DNA of 64,000 bases from Eledone cirrhosa (Eukaryota), in NCBI GenBank assembly GCA_964016885.1, contig OZ024741.1, forward strand, positions 250,852,001 to 250,916,000. Direction: 5' to 3'. Both the position numbers and the translations under genes were made by a program. Position 1 is the first letter of the stretch. Every line of letters starts with the position of its first letter. Of this stretch, positions 1 to 10,985 are shown piece by piece. The notes under the pieces were generated by a model that made no database searches, was not told the DNA's origin, and saw only the letters and a list, made by a program, of their open reading frames with translations.

Positions 1-169
1 GGAGATAATTTCCAGCCGTCCAAGGGGAGATTATTTCCCGCCAGCCAAGGGAAGATAATATTTAAAAAAATCAGGCGGAGATAATTTGTAAAATAAATTA
101 GGGGGAGATAATTTGTAAAAAAATCAGGGGGAGTTAATTTGTAAAAAAAATCAAGGGGAGATAATTTCC

Positions 170-1550
170 AGCCAGCGAAGGGGAGATAATTTTTAAAAAA
201 AAATCACTGGGAGATTTGTAAAACAAATCAGGGGGAGATAATTTGTAAAAAAAATCAAGGGGAGATAATTTCCAGCCGTCCAAAGAGAGATAATTTCTAG
301 CCGTCCAAGGGGAGATAATTTCCAGCCAAGGGGAGATAATTTCCAGCCGTCCAAGGGGAGATAATTTTTTAAAAAATCAGGTGGAGATAATTTGTAAAAA
401 AAATCAGGGGAAGATAATTTGTAAAAACAAAATCAAGGGCAGATAATTTCCAGCCGTCCAAGGGGAGATAATCTCCAGCAGTGCAAGGGGAGATAATTTC
501 CAGCCGTCCAAGGAGAGATAATTTCCATCCTTCCAAGGGGAGATAATTTCCAGCCGTCCAAGGGGAGATAATTTCCCGCCAGCCAAGGGAAGATAATATT
601 TAAAAAAATCAGGGGGAGATAATTTGTAAAAAAAAAATCAGGGGGAGATAATTTGTAAAAAAAATCAGGGGGAGATAATTTGTAAAAAAAAAATCAGGGG
701 GAGATAATTTGTAAAAAAAATCAGGGGGAGATAATTTGTAAAAAAAAATCAGGGGTAGATAATTTGTAAAAAAAAATCAGGGGGAGATAATTTGTAAAAA
801 AAAATCAAGGGGAGATAATTTCCAGCCGTCCAAGGGGAGATAATTTTCAGCCGTCCAAGGAGAGGTAATTTCTAGCCGTCCAAGGGGAGATAATTTCCAG
901 CCGTCCAAGGGGAGATAATTTCCAGCCGTCCAAGGGGAGATAATTTAAAAAAAAAATCAGGCGGAGATAATTTGTAAAAAAAAAATCAGTGGGAGATAAT
1001 TTGTAAAAAAAAAATCGGGGGGAGATAATTTGTAAAAAAAATCAAGGGGAGATAATTTCTAGCCGTCCAAGGGAAGATAATTTCCAGCCCTCCAAGGGAA
1101 GATAACTTCCAGCCTTCCAAGGGGCTATAATTTCCAGCGTCCAAGGGGAGATAATTTCCAGCCAGCGAAGGGGAGATAATTTTTTTAAAAAAATCACTGG
1201 GAGATTTGTAAAAAAAATCAGGGGGAGATAATTTGTAAAAAAATCAAGGGGAGATAATTTCCAGCCGTCCAAAGAGAGATAATTTCTAGCCGTCCAAGGG
1301 GAGATAATTTCCAGCCAACGGGAGATAATTTCCAGCCGTCCAAGGAGAGATAATTTTTTAAAAAATCAGGTGGAGATAATTTGTAAAAAAAATCAGGGGA
1401 AGATAATTTGTAAAAACAAAATCAAGTGCAGATAATTTCCAGCCGTCCAAGGGGAGATAATTTCCATCCTTCCAAGGGGAGATAATTTCCAGGCGTCCAA
1501 GGGGAGATAATTTCCCGCCAGCCAAGGGAAGATAATATTTAAAAAAATCA
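170..1550. repeat. ~0.8-1.2 kb higher-order repeat in satellite A (two adjacent copies about 990 bp apart, further copies downstream)
   Basis: Marker ATCACTGGGAGATTTGT at ~204, 1194, 2071, 3250, 4023 (variant), 6299, 8209. Marker AAAACAAAATCAAG at ~423, 1411, 4241, 7088, 7660, 8427. Marker GGGGCTATAA at ~1121, 2000, 3178, 3951, 6250, 8136. Confidence 0.8.
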
Positions 1551-2249
1551 GGCGGAGATAATTTGTAAAAAAAAACGGGGAGATAATTTGGAAAAAAAAA
1601 TCAGGCGTAGATAATTTGTAAAAAAAAATCAGGGGTAGATAATTTGTAAAAAAAAATCAGGGGGAGATAATTTGTAAAAAAAAATCAAGGGGAGATAATT
1701 TCCAGCCGTCCAAGGGGAGATAATTTTCAGCCGTCCAAGGAGAGGTAATTTCTAGCCGTCCAAGGGGAGATAATTTCCAGCCGTCCAAGGGGAGATAATT
1801 TCCAGCCGTCCAAGGGGAGATAATTTAAAAAAAAAATCAGGCGGAGATAATTTGTAAAAAAAAAATCAGGGGGAGATAATTTGTAAAAAAAAATCAGGGG
1901 GAGATAATTTGTAAAAAAATCAAGGGGAGATAATTTCCAGCCGTCCAAGGGAAGATAATTTCCAGCCCTCCAAGGAAAGATAACTTCCAGCCCTCCAAGG
2001 GGCTATAATTTCCAGCGTCCAACGGGAGATAATTTCCAGCCAGCGAAGGGGAGATAATTTTTTTAAAAAAATCACTGGGAGATTTGTAAAAAAAATCAGG
2101 GGTAGATAATTTGTAAAAAAAAATCAGGGGGAGATAATTTGTAAAAAAAATCAGGGGGAGATAATTTGTAAAAAATCAAGGGGAGATAATTTCCAGCCGT
2201 CCAAGGGGAGATAATTTTCAGCCATCCAAGGAGAGGTAATTTCTAGCCG

Positions 2250-5200
2250 TTCAAGGGGAGATAATTTCCAGCCGTCCAAGGGGAGATAATTTCCAGCCCT
2301 ACAAGCAGCTATAATTTCCAGCCGTCCAAAGGGAGATAATTTCCAGCTAGCGAAGGGGAGATAATTTTTTTTTAAATTAGGGGGAGATTTGTAAAAAAAA
2401 TCAGGGGGAGATAATTTGTAAAAAAAATCATGGGGAAATAATTTCCAGCCGTCCAAGGGGAGATAATTTCCAGCCGTCCAAGGGGAGATAATTTCCAGCC
2501 GTCCAAGGAGAGGTAATTTCTAGCCGTCCAAGGGGAGATAATTTCCAGCCGTCCAAGGGGAGATCATTTCCAGCCGTCCAAGGGGAGATAATTTCCAGCC
2601 GTTCAAGGGGAGATAATTTCCAGCCGTCCAAGGAGAGGTAATTTCTAGCCGTCCAAGGGGAGATAATTTCCAGCCGTCCAAGGGGAGATAAATTCCAGCC
2701 TCCAAGGGGAGATAATTTCCAGCCAGCCAAGGGGAGATAATTTGTAAAAAAATCAGGGGGAGATAATTTGTAAAAAAAAATCAGGGGGAGATAATTTGTA
2801 AAAAAAAAATCAGGGGGAGATAATTTGTAAAAAAAATCAGGGGGAGATAATTTGTAAAAAAATCAAGGGGAGATATTTTCCAGCCGTCCAAGGGAAGATA
2901 ATTTTCAGCCGTCCAAGGAGAGGTAATTTCTAGCCGTCCAAGGGGAGATAATTTCCAGCCGTCCAAGGGGAGATAATTTCCAGCCGTCCAAGGGGAGATA
3001 ATTTTTTTTAAAAAATCAGGCGGAGATAATTTGTAAAAAAAAAATCAGGGGGAGATAATTTGTAAAAAAAATCGGGGAGATAATTTGTAAAAAAAAATCA
3101 GGGGGAGATAATATGTAAAAAAATCAAGGGGAGATAATTTCCAGCCGTCCAAGGGAAGATAATTTCCAGCCCTCCAAGGGGCTATAATTTCCAGCGTCCA
3201 AGGGGAGATAATCTCCAGCCAGCGAAAGGGAGATAATTTTTTTTTAAAAATCACTGGGAGATTTGTAAAAAAAATCAGGGGGAGATAATTTGTAAAAAAA
3301 ATCAAGGGGAGATAATTTCCAGCCGTCCAAAGAGAGATAATTTCTAGCCGTCCAAGGGGAGATAATTTCCAGCGGTGCAAGGCGAGATAATTTCCAGCCG
3401 TCCAAGGGGAGATAATTTCCATCCTTCCAAGGGGAGATAATTTCCAGCCGTCCAAGGGGAGATTATTTCCAAGGAACGATAATATTTAAAAAAATCAGGC
3501 GGAGATAATTTGTAAAATAAATCAGGGGGAGATAATTTGTAAAAAAAAATCAGGCGGAGATAATTTGTAAAAAAGTAAGGGAGATAATTTGTAAAAAAAA
3601 ATCAGGGGTAGATAATATGTAAAATAAAATCAGGGGGAGATAATTTGTAAAAAAAAAATCAGGGGGAGATAATTTGTAAAAAAAATCAAGGGGAGATAAT
3701 TTTCAGCCGTCCAAGGAGAGGTAATTTCTAGCCGTCCAAGGGGAGATCATTTCCAGCCGTCCAAGGGGAGATAATTTCCAGCCGTCCAAGGGGAGATCAT
3801 TTTTTAAAAAAAATCAGGCGGAGATAATTTGTAAAAAAAAAATCAGGGGGAGATAATTTGTAAAAAAAAATCAGGGAGAGATAATTTGTAAAAAAAATCA
3901 AGGGGAGATAATTTCCAGCCGTCCAAGGGAAGATAATTTCCAGCCTCCGAGGGGCTATAATTTCCAGCGTCCAAGGGGAGATAATTTCCAGCCAGCGAAG
4001 GGGAGATAATTTTTTTTTAAAAATCACTGGTAGATTTGTAAAAAAAATCAGTGGGAGATAATTTGTAAAAAGAATCAAGGGGAGATAATTTCCAGCCGTC
4101 CAAAGAGAGATAATTTCTAGCCGTCCAAGGGGAGATAATTTCCAGCCAAGGGGAGATAATTTCCAGCCGTCCAAGGGGAGATATTTTTTAAAATATCAGG
4201 TGGAGATAATTTGTAAAAAAAATCAGGGAGAGATAATTTGTAAAAACAAAATCAAGGGCAGATAATTTCCAGCCGTCCAAGGGGAGATAATTTCCAGCCG
4301 TGCAAGGGGAGATAATTTGTAAAAAAAATCAGGGGGAGATAATTTCCAGCCGTGCAAGGGGAGATAATTTCCAGCCGTCCAAGGGGAGATAATTTCCAGC
4401 CGTCCAAGGGGAGATAATTTCCATCCAGCCAAGGGGAGATAATTTTAAAAAAATCAGGCGGAGATAATTTGTAAAAAAAAAATCAGGGGGAGATAATTTG
4501 TAAAAAAAAATCAGGGGGAGATAATTTGTAAAAAAATCAGGGGTAGATAATTTGTAAAAAAAATCAAGGGGAGATAATTTCCAGCCGTCCAAGGGGAGAT
4601 AATTTCCAGCCAGCGAAGGGGAGATAATTTTTTTTTTAAATCAGGGGTAGATTGGTAAAAAAAAATCAGGGGGAGATAATTTGTAAAAAAATCAAGGGGA
4701 GATAATTTCCAGCCGTCGAAGGAGAGATAATTTATAGCCGTCCAAGGGGAGATAATTTCCAGCAAGCCAAGGGAGATAATATTTTTAAAAAATCAGGCGG
4801 AGATATTTGTAAAAAAAATCAGGTGGAGATAATTTGTTAAAAAAAATCAGGGGGCGATAATTTCCAGCCGTCCAAGGGGAGATAATTTTTTTTTTTAAAT
4901 CAGGGGAGATAATTTGTAAAAAAAATCAGGGGGAGATAATTTGTGAAAAAAATCAGGGGGATATAATTTGAAAAAAAAAATCAGGGGGAGCTAATTTGTA
5001 AAAAAATATCAGGGGGAGATAATTTCCAGCCAGCCAAGGGGAGATATTTGTAAAAAAAAATCAGGGAGAGATAATTTGTAAAAAAAAAATCAGGGGTAGA
5101 TAATTTGTAGAAGAAATCAAGGGGAGATAATTTCCAGCCGTCCAAGGGGAGATAATTTCCATCCAGCCAAGGGGAGATCATTTTTTTTTTTTAAATCAGG

Positions 5201-6880
5201 CGGAGATAATTTGTAAAAAAAAATCAGGGTGAGATACTTAGTAAAAAAAATCAAGGGGAGATAATTTCCAGCCGTCCAAGGGGAGATAATTTCCAGCCCT
5301 ACAAGCGGCTATAATTTCCAGCCGTCCAAAGGAAGATAATTTCCAGCCGTCCAAGGAGAGGTAATAATTAGGTGGAGATTTGTAAAAAAAAATCAGGGGG
5401 AGATAATTTGTAAAAAAAATCAAGGGGAAATAATTTCCAGCCGTCCAAGGGGAGATAATTTCCAGCCGTCCAAGGGCAGATAATTTCCAGCCGTCCAAGG
5501 AGAGGTAATATCTAGCCGTCCAAGGGGAGATAATTTCCAGCCGTCCAAGGGGAGATAATTTCCAGCCGTCCAAGGGGAGATAATTTCCAGCCGTCCAAGG
5601 AGACATAATTTCCAGCCGTCCAAGGAGAGGTAATTTCTAGCCGTCCAAGGGGAGATAAATTCCAGCCTCCAAGGGGAGATAATTTCCAGCCAGCCAAGGG
5701 GATATAATTTGTAAAAAAAATCAGGGGGAGATAATTTGTAAAAAAAAATCAGGGGGAGATAATTTGTAAAAAAAATCAGGGGGAGATAATTTGTAAAAAA
5801 AAATCAGGGGGAGATAATTTGTAAAAAAATCAAGGGGAGATAATTTCCAGCCGTCGAAGGAGAGATAATTTATAGCCGTCCAAGGGGAGATAATTTGTAA
5901 AAAAAAATCAGGGGGAGATAATTTGTAAAAAAATCAAGGGGAGATATTTTCCAGCCGTCCAAAGGGAGATAATTTTCAGCCGTCCAAGGAGAGGTAATTT
6001 CTAGCCGTCCAAGGGGAGATAATTTCCAGCCGTCCAAGGGGAGATAATTTCCAGCCGTCCAAGGGGAGATAATTTTTTTAAAAAAATCAGGCGGAGATAA
6101 TTTGTAAAAAAAAAATCAGGGGGAGATAATTTGTAAAAAAAAATCGGGGAGATAATTTGTAAAAACAAATCAGGTGGAGATAATATGTAAAAAAATCAAG
6201 GGGAGATAATTTCCAGCCGTCCAAGGGAAGATAATTTCCAGCCCTCCAAGGGGCTATAATTTCCAGCAAGCGAAAGGGAGATAATTTTTTTTAAAAAATC
6301 ACTGGGAGATTTGTAAAAAAAATCAGGGGGAGATAATTTGTAAAAAAAATCAAGGGGAGATAATTTCCAGCCGTCCAAAGAGAGATAATTTCTAGCCGTC
6401 CAAGGAGAGATAATTTCCAGCCGTGCAAGGGGAGATAATTTCCATCCTTCGAAGGGGAGATAATTTCCAGCCGTCCAAGGGGAGATTATTTCCAAGGGAA
6501 GATAATATTTAAAAAATTCAGGCGGAGATATTTTGTAAAATAAATCAGGGGGAGATAATTTGTAAAAAAAAAATCAGGGGGAGATAATTTGTAAAAAAGT
6601 CAGGGAGATAATTTGTAAAAAAAAATCAGGGGTAGATAATATGTAAAATAAAAACAGGGGGAGATAATTTGTAAAAAAAAAAATCAGGGGGAGATAATTT
6701 GTAAAAAAAATCAAGGGGAGATAATTTTCAGCCGTCCAAGGAGAGGTAATTTCTAGCCGTCCAAGGGGAGATCATTTCCAGTCGTCCAAGGGGAGATAAT
6801 TTCCAGTCGTCCAAGGGGAGATAATTTCCAGCCGTCCAAAGAGAGATAATTTAAAAAAAAAATCAGGCGGAGATAATTTG
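2250..6880. repeat. Duplicated ~1.6 kb block in satellite A (~2250-3850 vs ~5250-6880, offset ~3.0 kb)
   Basis: Rare variants are shared in the same order: CCCTACAAGCRGCT (lines 2281/5281, offset 3000), GATAAATTCCAGCCTCC (~2687/5655), GATATTTTCC (~2872/5943), GATTATTTCCAAGG (~3461/6484), GATCATTTCC (~3745/6770). Confidence 0.8.
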
Positions 6881-8639
6881 TAAAAAAAAATCAGGGGTAG
6901 ATAATTTGTAAAAAAAATCAGGGGGAGATAATTTGTAAAAAAAATCAAGGGGAGATAATTTCCAGCCGTCCAAGGGAAGATAATTTCCAGCCAAGGGGAG
7001 ATAATTTCCAGCCGTCCAAGGGGAGATAATTTTTTAAAAAATCAGGTGGCGATAATTTGTAAAAAAAATCAGGGGGAGATAATTTGTAAAAACAAAATCA
7101 AGGGCCGATAATTTCCAGCTGTCCAAGGGGAGATAATTTCCAGCCGTGCAAGGGAAGATAACTTCCAGCCGTCCAAGGGGAGATAATTTCCCGCCAGCCA
7201 AGGGAAGATAATTTTTAAAAAAATCAGGCGTAGATTGTAAAAAAATCAAGGGGAGATAATTTGTAAAAAAATCAGGGGGAGATAATTTGTAAAAAAAAAT
7301 CAGGGGGAGATAATTTGTAAAAGAAATCAGGGGGAGATAATTTGTAAAAAAAAATCAGGGGGAGATAATTTGTAAAAAAATCAGGGGTAGATAATTTGTA
7401 AAAAAAATCAGGGGGAGATAATTTGTAAAAAAAAAATCAGGGGGAGATAATTTGTAAAAAAAATCAAGGGGAGATAATTTGCAGCCGTCCAAGGGGAGAT
7501 AATTTCCAGCCGTCCAAAGAGAGATAATTTCTAGCCGTCCAAGGGGAGATAATTTCCAGCCGTCCAAGGGGAGATAATTTCCAGCCGTCCAAGGGGAGAT
7601 AATTTTTAAAAATATCAGGTGGAGATAATTTGTAAAAAAATCAGGGGGAGATAATTTGTAAAAACAAAATCAAGGGCAGATAATTTCCAGCCGTCCAAGG
7701 GGAGATAATTTCCCGCCAGCCAAGGGAAGATAATTTTTAAAAAAATCAGACGGAGATAATTTGTAGAAAAATCAGGGGGAGATAATTTCCAGCCGTCCAA
7801 GGGGAGATAATTTTCAGCCGTGCAAGGAGAGGTAATTTCTAGCCGTCCAAGGGGAGATAATTTTCAGCCGTCCAAGGAGAGGTAATTTCTAGCCGTCCAA
7901 GGGGAGATAATTTCCAGCCGTCCAAGGGGAGATAATTTCCAGCTGTCCAAGGGGAGATAATTTTTAAAAAAAATCAGGCGGAGATAATTTGTAAAAAAAA
8001 AATCAGGGGGAGATAATTTGTAAAAAAAATCAGGGGGAGATAATTTGTAAAAAAAATCAAGGGGAGATAATTTCCAGCCGTCCAAGTGAAGATAATTTCC
8101 AGCCCTCCAAGGGAAGATAACTTCCAGCCCTCCAAGGGGCTATAATTTCCAGCGTCCAAGGGGAGATAATTTCCAGCCAGCGAAGGGGAGATAATTTTTT
8201 TAAAAAAATCACTGGGAGATTTGTAAAAAAAATCAGGGGGAGATAATTTGTAAAAAAAATCAAGGGGAGATAATTTCCAGCCGTCCAAAGAGAGATAATT
8301 TCTAGCCGTCCAAGGGGAGATAATTTCCAGCCAAGGGGAGATAATTTCCAGCCGTACAAGGGGAGATAATTTTTAAAAGAATCAGGTGGAGATAATTTGT
8401 AAAAAAAATCGGGAAGATAATTTGTAAAAACAAAATCAAGGGCAGATAATTTCCAGCCCTCCAAGGGGAGATAATTTCCAGCAGTGCAAGGGGAGATAAT
8501 TTCCAGCCGTCCAAGGGGAGATAATTTCCATCCTTCCAAGGGGAGATAATTTCCAGGCGTCCAAGGGGAGATAATTTCCAAGCACCAAGCACCAAGCACC
8601 AAACACCAAACACCAAACACCAAGCACCAAACACCAAGC

Positions 8640-10985
8640 ACCAAGCAGCAAACACCAAGCATCAATCACCAAGCACCAAACACCAAGCAGCAAGCACAAA
8701 GCACCAACTACCAAGCACCAAGAACCAAACACCAAACACCAAGCACCAAGCACCAAACACCTAGCACCAAGCACCAAACACCAAACACCAAGCACCAAGC
8801 ACCAAACACCAAGCACCAAGCTCCAAACACCAAGCACCAAACACCAAGAACCAAGCACCAAACACCAAGCACCAAGCACCAAGTACAAACACCAAGCACC
8901 AAGCACCAAACACCAAGCACCAAGCTCCAAACACCAAGCACCAAACACCAAGAACCAAGCACCAAACACCAAGCACCAAACACCAAGTACAAACACCAAG
9001 CACCAAGCACCAAACACCAAGCACCAAGCACCAAACACCAAACACCAAGCACCAAACACCAAACACCAAGCTCCAGACACCAAGCACCAAACACCAAACA
9101 CGAAGCACCAAGCACCAAGCACCAAACACCAAACACCAAGCACCAAGCACCAAACACCAAGGACCAAGCACCAAGCACCAAGCACCAAGCACCAAGCACT
9201 AAACACCAAACACCAAAGACCAAGCACCAAGCACCAAGCACCAAACACCAAGCACCATGCACCTAGCACCAAACACCAAGCACCAAGCACCAAACACCAA
9301 CCACCCAGCACCAAGCACCCAGCACCAAACACCAAGCACCAAGCACCAAACACCAAACACCAAACACCAAGCACCAAGCACCAAACACCAAGCACCAAGC
9401 ACCAAGTACCAAACACCAAGCACCAAGCACCAAACACCAAACACCAAGCACCAAACACCAAGCACCAAGCACCTAGCACCAAAAACCAAACACCAGGCAC
9501 CAAGCACCAAACACCAAACACCAAACACCAAGCACCAAGCACCAAGCACCAAACACCAAACACCATGCACCAAAGACCAAACACCAAACAGCAAACACCA
9601 AACACCAAACAGCAAACACCAAACATGAAACAGCAAATACCATAGAGCAAACACCAAACACCAAAAAGCAGACACCAAACAGCAAACAGCAAACACCAAA
9701 AACACCAAACAGCAAACAGCAAACACCAAGCACCAAACACCAAGTACCCAGCACCAAACACCAAGCACCAAGCACCAAACACCAAACCCCAAGGACCAAG
9801 CACCAAACACTAATCACAATGCACCAAGCACCAAGCACCAAGCACCAAGCACTAAACACCAAACACCAAAGACCAAGCACCAAGCACCAAGCACCAAACA
9901 CCAAGCACCATGCACCAAGCACCAAACACCAAGCACCAAGCACCAAACACCAACCACCCAGCACCAAGCACCAAGCACCAAACACCAAGCACCAAGCACC
10001 AAACACCAAACACCAAACACCAAGCACCAAGCACCAAACACCAAGCACCAAGCACCAAGTACCAAACACCAAGCCCCAAGCACCAAGCACCAAACACCAA
10101 ACACCAAGCAACAAACACCAAGCACCAAGCACCTAGCACCAAAAACCAAACACCAAGCACCAAGCACCAAACACCAAGCATCAATCACCAAGCACCAAAC
10201 ACCAAGCAGCAAGCACAAAGCACCAAATACCAAGCACCAAGAACCAAACACCAAACACCAAGCACCAAGCACCAAACACCTAGCACCAAGCACCAAACAC
10301 CAAACACCAAGCACCAAGCACCAAACACCAAGCACCAAGCTCCAAACACCAAGCACCAAACACCAAGAACCAAGCACCAAACACCAAGCACCAAGCACCA
10401 AGTACAAACACCAAGCACCAAGCACCAAACACCAAGCACCAAGCTCCAAACACCAAGCACCAAACACCAAGAAGCAAGCACCAAACACCAAGCACCAAAC
10501 ACCAAGTACAAACACCAAGCACCAAGCACCAAACACCAAGCACCAAGCACCAAACACCAAACACCAAGCACCAAACACCAAACACCAAGCACCAAGCACC
10601 AAGCACCAAACACCAAACACCAAGCACCAAGCACCAAACACCAAGGACCAAGCACCAAGCACCAAGCACCAAGCACCAAGCACTAAACACCAAACACCAA
10701 AGACCAAGCACCAAGCACCAAGCACCAAACACCAAGCACCATGCACCTAGCACCAAACACCAAGCACCAAGCACCAAACACCAACCACCCAGCACCAAGC
10801 ACCCAGCACCAAACACCAAGCACCAAGCACCAAACACCAAACACCAAACACCAAGCACCAAGCACCAAACACCAAGCACCAAGCACCAAGTACCAAACAC
10901 CAAGCACCAAGCACCAAACACCAAACACCAAGCACCAAACACCAAGCACCAAGCACCTAGCACCAAAAACCAAACACCAAGCACC
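8640..10985. repeat. Duplication at the start of satellite B (~8640-9500 vs ~10160-10985, offset ~1519 then 1484)
   Basis: CATCAAT...CAGCAAG CACAAAG occurs at ~8660 and ~10179. Pseudo-ORFs with identical starts lie at 9257/10741 and 9263/10747. Confidence 0.8.

Larger units (their letters stand above)
1..8580. repeat. Composite ~25-29 bp tandem satellite (satellite A) with shared core GGAGATAATTT; runs off the left edge
   Basis: Type P unit is CAAGGGGAGATAATTTCCAGCCGTC (25 bp, e.g. ~820-945, 2435-2730). Type Q unit is CAGGGGGAGATAATTTGT(A~6-11)T (e.g. 610-805, 7250-7465). Transition units contain Tn-An tracts. Roughly 330 units by length/26, all in one orientation. Confidence 0.98.

Noticed and set aside
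180-8400. Tn-An palindromes as terminators or cruciforms
   Set aside because: They are short AT-only symmetries in transition units, with no GC stem and no associated transcription unit.
1-8580. CRISPR array (25-29 bp repeats)
   Set aside because: There are no unique spacers, the units abut directly, and there is no leader or cas gene.
8560-8620. De novo telomere addition onto a broken satellite A end
   Set aside because: The strand extending 3' from the junction is C/A-rich, the opposite of a telomerase product. The array directly after the junction already carries the inherited variant order.
404-8665. Short minus-strand ORFs (DGWKLSPLGRLEIISPWTAGNYLPL) resembling leucine-rich repeats
   Set aside because: They are translations of the 25-bp unit in all frames, broken constantly by homopolymer frameshifts and stops.
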